Below, piece after piece: positions 11,204 to 35,693 of a stretch of 64,000 bases of DNA; positions within the stretch are counted from its first letter, which is position 1; every line of letters begins with the position of its first letter. Source of the DNA: Lingula anatina (lineage: Eukaryota; Animalia; Brachiopoda). Under the pieces are notes generated by a model. That model saw only the letters and a program-made list of their open reading frames with translations, was not told where the DNA came from and searched no databases. The DNA is taken from positions 5,518,001 to 5,582,000 of the forward strand of contig CM120641.1 of assembly GCA_051362555.1 (NCBI GenBank), written 5' to 3'. The position numbers were made by a program, and so were the translations under genes.

Positions 11204-12662
11204 CATCCCGCGAAAATATTCTTACCTCCAGGGAGAAAAGAATTACCACTCTATGAACACAGGCGGAGCGGTCATCAAATTAAAGCTCACCATCAGGTAA
11301 AAAGACGAGTGCTATTAAACACGTGTTATTTTAATAAAAATTAAATTGACAACTGTTTCGATAAATCTTAAAAGCTTTTTTTACAAATATGAATGTCCAA
11401 AATTCAGCTCAAAATGAGAAAGTGGTGCATATTTTTCTTAATTTTAACTGAAAACCAAGCCTAGACTTTTCATAAATAATAAAATTAACTAAGACAGGGT
11501 GGAGCTGGGCCATTTTTCGCGTTAAAATCTTAAATATTTTTGTTGGATCCTGCTGGGTTTACCCTTCCCCTCTACTTCTTCACATGCATACAAAAGGGCT
11601 CCTCAAACACAATCATGATTGCAACAGAGTTGAAATAAAGCAGGTCCAGAATGCAAATTGCTAGATCTACATAATTTACAACACTAATTCCTACAGGTTT
11701 TAAAATTCGATGCTGTTATTAGTTGAGATTTAAGCTTTAATCAACAATTAAATTATTGGTCAATAATTCATTATTCAAGAGAATGCTATTTTAATATATC
11801 TTCTAACGGATAATACCTTTTTACTTTCATCTTGTCTATGTTTACAATCCAAATCCTGCACTACTATAACAAGAACATGAAAACTGCAGGTCTTTGAAAT
11901 TCTCATTTGAAGAGCTATTCAAATGTTTGGATTATTTTAACTACATTTTTCACTATGATGTACATTGTGTCATTTTGTAACATACTGAGACTTAACAAGC
12001 ATGGTGAAAAACCAAACAAAAATACCAAGTCCCCTGAAAATGCAGACTCAATTTATTGAATTTCAGTGGTGGCCTGCAAAGAAAGCAGACATCATATGTG
12101 TGATCAATATTGTAAGGCAGTGAAAAAGAAGATGGACAAAGAAGTGTGTTCTTTTACAAAATTTATCTGAAACATTAATATTCCATTTAATCCCTGTCCA
12201 CCACAACATCAGAGCTAGATTGGAGTGCATTAACATTTTTTTCTAAAAATTTGAAAATGCTCCAGTATTCCTGAACTTTCTAAAAATTTGGTGTGTAATC
12301 AAATTCCAGACAAAAAAGTAACACAAAACATATGCAACTGCTTTAATTTGTAATGAGAAATTTTAGTCACAAATTATAAAGAACCAACACAGTTTTCTTC
12401 TACATGCTGCCTGCAAACCAGTTCAAAAATTAGAAAATTTAATGCAAAAATTACATTCCATTTCAGGAGGGCAAACTTGCTGTGTGCTAGGACATGGAAC
12501 AGACAAAAAAGAGACATGCAAAACTAAAATAATTTTTGCACCTTTCAGTGCATTTTCCTTCTTTAAATGAATAAATAATATGCAGGAAGACTTCTAAGAA
12601 CTGAGGTTTGCACTGTATGCAGCTGAAATGTCAGTGGAGCAACTTGGCACTATTAACCTATG

Positions 12663-12717
12663 GAATATTTTTGTGGGTAGACAACAAAATTGAATATTTT
12701 TGTGGGTAGACAACAAA
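12663..12717. repeat. Two-copy direct repeat (period 29 bp) downstream of the JNK stop
   Basis: gaatatttttgtgggtagacaacaaa occurs at 12663 and 12692. Confidence 0.9.
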
Positions 12718-13351
12718 CAACAAAACCCTTTCAAAATGTAAATTTCATAACCAAACTGGACTTTCAAATTATTCTGTTGTTTCACAATCTTGACTTTAAT
12801 ACAACAAAAAACACAATTATATCCCACTTACACAAACCATTTTTGTTTACAGACTTCATTTTTTTTTCTCTGCAAATTATGTTTTTTAAGTTTACATTTT
12901 TTTGTTCATCATCATCATTTAGGATCATATCCCTCTGAAGTTCTATGCACTCAAGTCATGAAGCAAAGCATTAGAAAACCTCAACGCACTTGAAACTGTA
13001 AGATGCTGCCATCTTTTAAATATATTCATAAATGCCTGAATCTTAGCAAGTCAACAACAACTTAGTGAATCATTTTTAAACATATCCATACTGTGAAAAG
13101 TTCATCACAGAGAACTTCAATAGAGCTGGTCAATTGAAGGGTACAAATCACTCACAGCATGATAGAAATTGTCATTTCCTTGATGTATACCATTCCTATC
13201 TTGCTTTTAAAAACCACCCTAGTCCCCAGGCCTGTACTCACAGCAGGTTGCCTGCCTGCTTGTACCCACACTATCCCTTTTATCTGTATCCTTATGAGCT
13301 TGCAAGCCTGTACAGCACATTCATTATCTGTATAGGCCCTCAAATCTAGGA

Positions 13352-24573
<11,222 letters not shown>

Positions 24574-26759
24574 TTATTGCAATCTTGGTCAATATTCTTA
24601 GCTCTTCTACTGTAACACTACGATGTATTGCTTTTCACAACTTGCAGAGACTAATGCTGCCATTTAGGTGCGTTTATCTGAAAAAAAAAGTGAGAGTCAT
24701 TAATACAATGCATTGTGTTGCTAATAATAAATGTGTAAAAATTGTCATGGCTTACAAGGTCAAATTATGCACAATAACATGATCATGCTTAATAAATTAA
24801 TAGTTTCCCAAAAAGAGAAAAGTGAAGATTATTAGATATTGTATCATGTAAACACTTAATCTGAATAGCCAGGTAAGGTAAAAGCTTTGCAAGTTTGGGT
24901 ATGAAATATAATAGCTCATGCAGTGCATACTTCTTTACTTCTATAAACAATCTCAGCTAATCTTTTCATTGCATTCACATTTTAAGCAAGTAGAGGGAAA
25001 TTGGCTCAATTATCTTTTCCAATGTCAGTTTTACAATGGGATTAAAAGCAGTGTCTGAAACAGGTCAGCCCACATAAAACGTCAATGTTTTCTACCTGTA
25101 TCTCATCAAAGACGGATAAATGAAAAGTAACAGTTTTTATAATAAAAAATTTGCAATACTCCAAAACAACAACAACAATATCAATAATTGGATTGAAATA
25201 TTTTTATGATTCATTGATATATTGTTTTATTTTACCTATAAAGTCTTTAGTGTGCACAATGTTTTAGAATGTTTATAAAGAAGTAAATTACCCATTTTTC
25301 ATGTAATGCCTTTCAACCATATGGCAAATATGGTATAAAGGTTAACTGATTCAACAAAAACCAACTCAAAAGTCATGAACACTAAAATAGGCCAAATGAA
25401 AAAAATTATGTATCGAAACAGGTGTATCATGATGCAGCAATTTCAAGTCCAGCCTTCACAAATAACTGGTCCTATCAAGTGATACTCTCAGCTAACTTCA
25501 ACAGCTGAATAGTTTCTTTTTCTACCTGCATTTACTGATGCAATGTTCATATGGTTTACACTTCCTCTATCTCACTGAAGCACTTTAACTAAAAATACAT
25601 AAAAGGTTGCTGCAATGTTTGAATGCCGATCATGAGAAACAATTGACTATGAATGGTTGGGTCTATATCTTAAGTGTATTATAATAGGATAATATACACA
25701 GAATTTTACTGTTCACAAACTATTTCAGTTTAATCAACATTAGCATTAATAAGCATAAGAAACAGTAAAATATACAGTATCTTTAATTTATCTTTGTGTG
25801 ATATGATAAATGATCAACTATCAATCCACTTCAGTGTAAAATGTTTTTTATAAAACTTTAAAACAGCATCCTTGAGTGCACATCATTGTTAAGTAAAGCC
25901 AAGAGGTTCCCTTCTCCATGTACTTGATTGTGATAACAAAAGTGCAAAGTACTCTGTACAAACCTTAAAGTAAAATCACATTACAAGTGCAAATTAATAT
26001 ATTTTGTTTTCATATAAACAAGCAGCCATCAATAAAAACCTTGCCATAAAAAAGATTTGATACCTCACTTTTAATGTGAAACTTTCTTAGGTTGTTATTC
26101 TAAATGTACGGAACCATTGTCATTACTTTTAAATTTTATTTTTTTTTATTGACCATGTTGGGCTTGTAACTTTATATTTTGTATTGATCAAATTGGGGTT
26201 GGATAAACTGGGTGATGATAAAAAAGAACAAAGAATACCTGGTAAGATACTCTGTTCAAGCAATCACCACCCCAAGAATGCACTACCGGTTTACTGGCAA
26301 GTATTTGATCTGTGCCCTTTTATGAATATTTTATAAATATTTTAATTCATTATCAACTTACTGCTTAAATACAATAAAATGACAGTCATTCCAACTGTAC
26401 ATTGTATTGAGGCAAAATTTGTTCAGCTGCAATCTGAGAGAGATGTTATACCTGTTAAACACAACCAACTTTAGATTAACTATCAAAGGACAAAGGACTT
26501 AGGTATTAATTTATCTAACTACTTCCTCACTGACATATTCTTGAAAGTATAATAGAAATGTTTAATCTACTCTTGGTGGATCCCTATGAAGATACAGAGC
26601 CAAGTCCACAACTTTGAAAAGTCCCACCTCGGTTGATATGTACGGAGAAGAAAAAAACGCTTCAGAAAAGGGGATGTCATTTTTAAAAATAAAAAAGACG
26701 CATATGAAGATTTTTTCATATGTATTAAGAATTTTAAAAAAGTACAATATCGTCTTCAG

Positions 26760-27520
26760 TCAAAGTTGGCACAACAATTTCTTCTTGCCAACCCGACCAC
26801 TGTCAGTTTGCCTTTGACACCGACAGGCTGTCAAGTTCGGTCGATCGCCAAGAATGTATCCACTACGATACTGCTGGGTTATCTGTGTTTGTAAACCCCT
26901 GCACTTATAACTAATATAATCATCTACATATACTGCTACTACTATAGTTATACTGATGATAGTCCTGTCGACGGTGCCGCTGCTGCCACTACTTTCGCGT
27001 TTAACTAGTTTCACTCGGTGTTGCGATTCCCATCCTGGATATATATTAGATATTAAAAGAAGAGCCCTAGCTATATCTTAATCTTAAGCTTACCTTTTTG
27101 TTAATATTCTGGAATAACCTGCAAGTTATATAGGCATCTGTGTGATAACCATTTCTCTCCTAAAATATTTACTGGGAATTCGCAAAACCATTTCTGGGTA
27201 AATTTATCATAGTATGTGTCTACGTCATCACTTTTTGTGCTGTTGGAGAAATATTTATTGGAAATATATTGAATACGCATTAAAGAAGATGGCTTTATTT
27301 GGACAAATATGCTATTTGCAACAATCAGATATCTTATTGACGCTCATATTATTAAGAAATATTAAAAAATAGACCGGCTTTTTGACCTTCACGGATGACG
27401 TCATCAATTCATGTGTAGGAAATACGGAAGATGTGAGTCAACAGAGATGACTGAATACATCGAACTGCAGTGATTAAATGTTGTTTACAAAATTGATTGG
27501 AGATTCACCACTGAGCAGGT
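26760..27520. promoter_or_regulatory. Putative bidirectional promoter region between JNK (minus) and ARHGAP (plus), with palindromic CRE ATGACGTCAT at 27395-27404
   Basis: CpG-enriched relative to flanks. Candidate non-coding first-exon donors on both strands (minus GTAAGC at ~27093; plus GTTAGT at 27519). The genes diverge from here; TSS positions are not directly visible. Confidence 0.55.
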
Positions 27521-28720
27521 TAGTTTTGTCTGATTGCATCCTGACAATGATTTTATATTTAGAACAAAATTGATATTGAATGTCCAACTCTTAGTATGCG
27601 TTTCGTTTAGACTGTAGAATTAGAATAAAAATTTAATGTTCATTCATTTAAGTTTAACCACATTGACAATTAACATTGTCATTGTATTGGATCTTGGACT
27701 GTGAATGTGATAAGTACTGCTTAAGAGTCGACAAGCTGATAAAGTAACATTTGCATTTATGGCTTCCTTTGTATAGTTGTTCTGAGACTGTGAATATTAT
27801 ACAAAATATTACATTTTAAGTCAAATGATTCAGACAGTGCCTGATATCATAATCCTGTGCCATTGTACCTATCCAAAAATGAAATTTGTATCTATATCAG
27901 CTTTTTGGGAACAGGAGATCTGCCACAATGTATATGCTAAATGTACTGACTCTTCCCATAATGGACTTTGAATTAGTTAGAAATTGCCATTTTCTGTCTT
28001 TAAGTTAAATATTTTCTAAATGATTATTACACTTTACAATTTTTAAATGTTTATTGTAGTTTTTTGCATCTTTTAAATGTTTATTACAGTTTGTTACAGT
28101 GGTCTAGGGTGTCTTTTTTTATTTTGGAGAAGATTTTTTTCTCTGATAGCATATTTAGTGTTATAAAATTGTATATCTCTTCTGAAATAAATAAGTACTA
28201 CTGCCACTACTACTACTATTATTACTCTCTGAAAAAGTGATCGGAGGTATTTTTTGTCAAAATAAAGTGAATTTGTAATTGTTTTTAAATTTAGGACTTA
28301 TGTATATTACATATATGCCATAGTTGCTATTAAATAATAGAAGCAAAACTTCACATATATGCATAATAAAATATATACCCTTAAGAAAAAAGATCAGTTT
28401 CAGTATAGTTTTTAGAGCTCAATTGATGTTTTCAAACATAGTGAAAGCAATCCATATAATAATTCCATTTTGTAACCAAGATAAAATATTTATAATCACT
28501 AGATATCCAGGTTTCAGCATTATTAATTCAGATAACCTGCATGGTGTATCAGGTGTCAGCCTTTGTAAAATTAGGTCATATTTATGCAGTAAATCCAATG
28601 CCTTTGTTGGAAAAGTCAGAAGAAAAAAGCTTAAGTTATCTATTTACTATCCCTTAAAGTTTAGCAGCAATATGTCTTGTAAAAAATTAAGTCATATGGC
28701 ACTTTTCCATTCCAGGTAAG

Positions 28721-31700
28721 ATGTCAGGAGCTGCAGCAACTCCTCAGAGGCAGCGCTCATTTCTTAAAACTCTTGGAGATAGAGCTTCTGCTGGGCTGAA
28801 GCCTTCCAGACAGGCACCTGCTCCCCCTGTACCCCCACTCAGCCCCAACTCCTCACAGAACATCCTCAAGTCAGGTTGGCTAAGGAAACAAGGTGGTTTG
28901 GTGAAAAACTGGCAGAAGAGATGGTTTGTTCTCAGGGGTCATTTCTTGTATTACTACACTAAGGAAGATCAGAGTAAGCTCATGGGACAGATCTTTCTTC
29001 CTGGAAACAGAATCAAGGAAATTCCTTACAACTTTGATGATCCTGGGAAGTATCTTTTGGAGGTGATCCCTGGTAAGATATTTAGTATTCTTGTCATTCA
29101 AGTCAAAGCTTGAATGATTGAATATTTTAAATCAGTTTTGTAATCCATATGTGAAAGCCATGGAAATATTTGTGGTACAAAGAGTCAATATAGCCACTGT
29201 GTGGTGGAAGATGTAATTGCTGGATCGAAAGCATGAATATTTTAACATTGGAGTCTTCATATTTTGTTAAACCTAACATTTTCTAGATGAAACAACATAC
29301 TTACATGGAAATATAGTTTTGTTTATAATAACCAGCATAACTTAACATGTCAGTTTACTTGATTTATTGTATTCATATATATTGAGCAATCAAATGTTAT
29401 ACTTTTACCCTGAATATAAAATTGAAAGTTTGCAGTGCTTGTTCATACTTTGGTGACTAGTTGCCACAGGGGCACACGACAGGTGATGTCAATACTTAAA
29501 CTTTCAGTTTTTTAACTATATATAGAAAGTCTTCAGACATGGGATAAAATTTGCAGATACTGAAGGTCTGGAGGACCTGCACTACGAAAAATCTGCAGGT
29601 TCTCCCACACATGAACCTTGTCAGTCTAGAGGACCTGTGATATCAAAAATCTTCCAGGTCCTCTGGCATTTTGAGAAGTCATAAACTGTTGGACAGGCAG
29701 TTTCCCTATATCTGTGACAGTCATGATGTCTCAGACATACATGTGATAACTCACAATCTGTACTTGCAGACTAAGGGTGCATTCCCATTGATTTTAGATC
29801 GATCTATCCCCGTGGGGAGTCTCACAAGATTACTGTCAGATAATCCGGCTTAAAGGTCTGTCCCGCCTACTGCAAGCTGTTAGGGGGTAATTTACTTCCG
29901 TGCGCGGTTGGCTGACTGCAATTTAACGTGAACTCCCAGGGAGTTAGGTCGATCTTGTAAGATCGATCTAAATCTCTGGAAATGCTCTCTTAAAAGGATG
30001 CAGTACCACAACACCCTGTACATAAGAATATTTTTAATTATTCATATAGTTTAAAAAGAACTTGCCAGCAAGTGACTTTATCCCAACACTAGGTCAATAT
30101 TACAGTTCTCTTATAACATATATTATCTGGTTTCCTAGGCCCAGGTCAGACACGCATGACAACAACACATGAAACCTATCCACTCTGGGCAGATAGTGAT
30201 GAAGATAGACAATCTTGGATTAGTGTAGTAAGAAGAGTAATATATGGCTACAAGGGAGGTGGTAAGTGTATTATAGTTATTGTAGTTTTTTGTTTGCCAT
30301 CTGAGGCTATAAATACAATCTCATATTTATTGTTATGCAATTGTAAAGGGTTAATATTTGTATATAAATGGAAAAAGTCCATTGCTATTATAGAAAATAA
30401 ATCTGTTTGTGCTGATTTCATGTCTATTTGACACATTAAGCTAATGTTTCTCTTGTTATATTTTTTACAGTGTTATATACAGTAATAACTCGATCTTTTC
30501 AGTGGGAGCAATTGTGAATTTTATAGATACTGTATTTTTCAAGTCATAAATTCTAAAAATTAGAACATTCCTATTGAGTGGTAACAACAAAACTGAAAGC
30601 AGGCTACCTTATAGTTCTATTATATGCAGAAAAAGCACCACAGATGCTACGCAGAAATATATTTTCAATAATTCAGAAATTATGTATCTGCAAAATTGAT
30701 AATTTTCCCCATTGAAAAGATTGAGTCATACTGTGATAAATAGTGGTAGTTTAAAACATTAAAACAGACATGTGCTTGTTTGTTTTAGGTATATTTGGGC
30801 AGAGTTTACCAGAAACCATGAAGCATCCTCCAAACAGACATGTCCCTGATGTAGTGAGAAAATGTGTGGATTTTCTTAGGGAGCATGGGTTGGATACAGA
30901 GGGAATATTTAGGTATTTTTCCATCCATGCATGAGCACAAACATACATGCACAGGCACTGCAAAATGATCTGTTTGATATCCAAATTTAATGGGATGTCT
31001 CTTGTCTTTTTCACATAACATGTCAACAAAAATGTGCAGAACTAGTCGTAAATTAGATATGTTTCTTTGAATCTGGAATCTACTACCATTTTGTGATATT
31101 AGTATCAATTTTTGTAAAAATTATCCTTCTTTTTAGACTCCCAGGAAGATCTTCTGTTTTGAAAGAACTAAAGGAGAAGTTTGACACTTGTGAAGCACCT
31201 GACAAGTTTGATCTAGAAAATGTCGATGTTCATTCCATTGCTTCGTTGCTCAAGATGTACCTGCGTGAGCTCCCAGAACCACTCATACCAGGGGACCAAT
31301 TCCTGATGCTTGCTAGCTTAGCTTCTAAATTCCAGTGTGGACTTGAAGACGAGGCTACAGAAAAAGCAGCAGAGTTGCTGAAAGAAATTCCACCATTTAA
31401 CTACAATCTTCTCAAATATGTCTGTACTTTCTTCCAAGAGGTCAGCAGATACTCAGAAGTCAACAAGATGGGGATCAGCAATCTTGCCACTGTTCTTGGA
31501 CCCAATATTGCCAGGAGTGAAGACACAACTGCTTTTGGGTTTATGGGGAATGCTACTTTAACACAACAAATAGCTCACATTTTGATTGAGCGTGCTGATA
31601 ACATTTTCATCCTTGACTACAATGACTCTGGTGACTTGGTCCCAACAGAGGACCTGCTTAATATAAACGAACAGTTGACCACTGGTCAGCATCAATCGGC

Positions 31701-32370
31701 TATCAGCACTTTACCATCCCACACAATGGATTTGCTGGATCTTGATTTCTCTGGTAATTCTGAACTGCAGCAGCCTTTGGCAGTCATGTCCAGTGAACGT
31801 CCAGTCAGTCACAGCAATGAAGTGCTGAGTTGGGAGGCATCTGAAGAATTGGACGTTGATGAGGATGGAGGCGATGTTCAAGCACCTTCTCCAGTCAAAG
31901 AGGTCAACCAGTCTTCTAAGCATCACCAGTCCTCCACATTTTATGTTGATGATGAAGCTATACTATGTCTAGATAATAGAGGAGACAAAGGAAATGATAG
32001 TGCAAAGTTGAATAATCAAAATGGGGCAGAGGTAAATGAAAAGCCAACATTACCACCTCAACCAAAGCCCAGGACTTCACGCGGACATGCCAGTCTCATG
32101 TCAGAGAAAGTGACACCCTCACAGGAGGTACTACAGATTCAAGTCAAGGCATTAAAAGATGAATTGGTGAAACAGCGAACAGACTATGAAGAACAAATAC
32201 AAGCTCTTAAGGCACAATTGCTAGACATGAAATCCAAACATGACCTCCGTATACAAGATATGCAAGCTCAAATTGACTTGGAACGAGTGGCAAGAGCAGA
32301 CACTGTGGAAAGAGTGGTGCAGTTGCAGACACAACTGCAAGAATACCAGATGAAGTACGAGTTGCAGTAG
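28721..32370 (+). CDS. ARHGAP24: PH + RhoGAP + C-terminal coiled-coil protein of the ARHGAP22/24/25 (FilGAP) family, ~610 aa. Exons: 28721-29072, 30139-30261, 30789-30912, 31137-32370
   Basis: PH start LKSGWLRKQGGLVKNWQKRWFVLRG and PH end LWADSDEDRQSWI. GAP domain GIFGQSL…EGIFRLPG (Arg finger split across an intron), DVHSIASLLKMYLRELPEP and NKMGISNLATVLGPNI, then a C-terminal heptad region. The exons total 1833 nt in frame. It is probably co-orthologous to ARHGAP22/24/25. Confidence 0.88.
29774..29990. mobile_element. MITE copy A (~215 bp) in ARHGAP intron
   Basis: Terminal inverted repeats agggtgcattccca..ttagatcgatct / agatcgatctaaatctctggaaatgctctct with TA/TAA flanks. The internal sequence is the reverse complement of the copies at ~40023 and ~51080. 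Confidence 0.8.
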
Positions 32371-34142
32371 TTAGCCAGCCAGTATTTGTAACACCAAACA
32401 TTTGTACACTCAGGAGATATTAATTCTATTGCATTTGCTAACGTATTTTTAAAATGTGTAAAAGTTTAGATTTGTAAACTCATTATTAAACTCATATATA
32501 ACAATTGAGAAATTGGATTATATTTTTCAAACATATATTTAGGCACTGCTATAAATTAGCAATTTTTTCAGTGTTGACCATTACATAATTGTCTTCCTAT
32601 GATAAAATATTTAAAGACCATCACAACTGGTCTATAAATTTTGATTGAAAATTATTCTATTTCAGTGTTGTATATCTGAAGTTAAAACAAAGAACATTCA
32701 TATATAATGGACTTTACGTACTAGATCATACTTGTGTAGTTAGATATTTTGAATATCATTTAAATGTTATGTGCATTACTGAAGGGTGCTGGTTTGAAGA
32801 TGTTTGACTATCATTGTACTAATATTGCTTCCCATTTCCACAATATTTTGAAAGCTACCACTTATAGAGAGAGAGCCATATGAGATCAAATTGAAACATT
32901 AAGATAAGAGAGAATTTTGATACAATTTTTTCACATGTAAATAAACTGGACAATTTAGGACTTGCTTTTGAAATATCAGTTAATAAATGAGCTATTTTAT
33001 ATAAGAATTTTGTAGTCTCTTATTGGTTTTATGTTGTTTTCATCTACCAATAGTCCTGATATTTAGTCTTATTTAGAGTCAAAATTTATGAAGTCTAATG
33101 TTAAGAGTATATGTAATTAGGGTTACCAGTTTTATTTGTTGCAAGGAAGGATACATTTCCTAGTCGTTTTTTTTTTACCATTCTGCTTATTTGATTGAAT
33201 GACTAATGCGATAACAAAAACACTAAAAAAATAATCTTAACCATTTATGTATTGAGTTTAACAGTGCCATGTTTATCCCACATTTATTTTGAGAGACAAA
33301 TCCATAGTTAAGGAATCAGCATAGGTCTGTTATACTTTCAATAGAAAGACGATGGCAACTTTTTTCTTTTGAGATAATCAATTTGAGACTTAGTTAATTC
33401 AAGTAACATGTTTTTTAAATGATAAACTGTTTCCAGAATATGTACATTAATACATTGTTATTACAATGCTTAATGATATCAGATCTGTAGTCCATAAACA
33501 GTTCTATAAGGTAATATTTTATGAAGAAAAATAAACATTTATGCCATTTTAAACTATTGTTTATAAGTATACTTCATGTGTAACTTCACAAATTTTCAGG
33601 AAAAAATATACACGTTACTGGATTGTTTTGAGGCAAGAGTATTAAGGAAGTTGGGTGGGGTGGGGAGGGTTATGCCATTCCAAAAAAGACAAAAAAAATT
33701 CATTGATACTTTTTACTTTCATTTGTACAAGTTACAGTAAAATGATATTTCATACAAAAATACAAGATTCTTCCATCTATTGCTGGAAATCTGATATTAC
33801 AACATTACTATTATTAAAACTGAGGAGCAATGTTAAAGAGACCACAGGTTATTCTCTATGATTCCCTTCATTATTTTTCTCTATTCCTTGCATATTCACT
33901 CTTTCCATCTAACAGCAGCAATTGTTTCCTAAAGTAAGACCATTTGTATCACTTTCATATCTTACACTTCCATTTGCACACCACTATCTGCACAGAATGG
34001 TGTACTTCATCAACTACTTCAGAGGTTTGTTGTCATTTCATAAAATAAGTCGAGAGGATTATCCATGGCAGTATGGAAATGTATCTCTTGCTGTTGATAC
34101 CTAAAAAAGGTCCACATCTTTAAAATGGGGCACCTTGTCCTT

Positions 34143-35693
34143 TCAATATCCACCCCTTCCTCTGAATCCACCTCCTCCCCTTCCTCTAAATCCACCCCCT
34201 CCTCCTCCTCTACCAAATCCTCCTCGTGCTCCTCCCCTGCCTCCACGAAATCCACCTCCTCGCCCACCTCGATCAAAGCCACCTCTCCCTCCTCTGCCAC
34301 CTAAAATAAATGCCACAAGATATAATTAAGCATTCTGACATCTATTCCAACAATGGTAAACTGGCAGTCTTCTCTGCTTTGAAGCATTTACATGTTTATT
34401 CTCCTGATGGCAGTTCTGTTATTGTAAGCATTTCTTTTAAACATAATGTTGCAAACAATACTTGCCTCCTCTTCCACCCCCTCTTCCTCCTCCTCTCCCA
34501 CCTCTACCCCTGCCTCTTCCTCCAGCACCTTTAGGTTGGGGTAGGAACCTTTCTAGTGGGAGTAATTTGTATGGGTCTATGTAAAACTGAAAATAACAAA
34601 CATAATATCTTCAAACTGAACACTATTAAGCAGACACAATATTCAATTTTCTATATACATGAAAGAAAAGAACATTTTTGTTATTAAGTTCACTATGTAT
34701 ATAATAATCACTACATATGCATCAACAAAAAAGCTCACTTTCTGATCTGTGTTAAATGACTTTGCCTTCATGTCATCAGACAGTTTCACGGAGAAAAACT
34801 GAAATTTCTGTCAAGGAATAACAAATTGTCAATTTCACATAATAAGCAAAATATTTCAGTAAATGCATGCAAAAGCCAATAATGACAGTTACATAAACTT
34901 AGATTTTATAGCAAAAAAGGATACAAAGTCACGGATTGGTCCAAATATTTCATCCACTTTTCCGATTTGCTGTTTATTTTCTAAATATACTGGTGCATTG
35001 AAATATGGAATTTTTTCATTGGTACACTTGCAAACTATATCATCTTCACATGGCTGCATATACTGGCCAAGTTCTGAAATAAATTTGTAGAAATATTATA
35101 GGTTGTTGAAATTATTTCTCTGTAAATACCCTTTTTAAAAGTATTCCCTAGAAAATGCAAGCATTTATGTCTTGTATATAAAACAAACTTAACAAGGTTT
35201 TAAAAAACACTTAGATCAACAGCATCCAGATTATTTAGCCGATGAATAACTGGCTTTGAGGAAGATTTTGGGAACCTGAAATTTTGACAGTTTCACTTAA
35301 CCTACCTACAACATGTTCTGGTGGTCCATAGTCTTGTTGATAACCACCTCTACCACCTCCTCTGCTACCACCACCTCTTCCCCCTCTGAATCCACCTAGA
35401 AAAATAGAATATGTGTCATGATGTTTGAAAAGATAGCTCACTAAAATTGGCTTGTGAAAATTTGTAAAATGTAAACAGAAATTACAATTAAAAATATGAA
35501 CACTTAAAACAATTTTATTTGGTTATTCTGTCGATATAGCTAAAATATGCTTTTATTCACCCTGTGCATTTTCGAGATTTCTGATAAATAAGTGCATGAC
35601 CGCAATTCACTATGTTATGTCTATAATGGTATGAATGATCAAATATATGGTTAACTTACCTCTGCCACCACCTCCTCGGCCTCTAAAACTCAT
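34143..35693 (-). CDS. GAR1: H/ACA ribonucleoprotein subunit GAR1 (NOLA1), ~203 aa. Exons: 35693-35660, 35395-35306, 35073-34925, 34798-34739, 34586-34466, 34300-34143
   Basis: MSFRGRGG start and RGG-rich N- and C-termini. Core motifs [45 protein letters not shown] and [16 protein letters not shown]. The exons total 612 nt in frame. Confidence 0.96.
34301..34465 (-). other. GC-AG intron in GAR1
   Basis: Donor AG|GCAAGT is required to join the RGG exons in frame; acceptor ttttag. Confidence 0.8.
34799..34924 (-). other. U12-type GT-AG intron in GAR1
   Basis: Donor GTATCCTTTT; branch site TTCCTTGAC 11 nt before the end of the acceptor (…agaaatttcag). Confidence 0.93.

Noticed and set aside
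28324-28719. 131-aa ORF directly upstream of the ARHGAP ATG
   Set aside because: It has a non-ATG start and intron-like composition, and it ends across the splice acceptor, so it is not part of the protein.
34019-34534. Proline-rich (+) and Glu-rich (-) ORFs
   Set aside because: They are antisense and alternative-frame shadows of the GAR1 RGG-coding exons.
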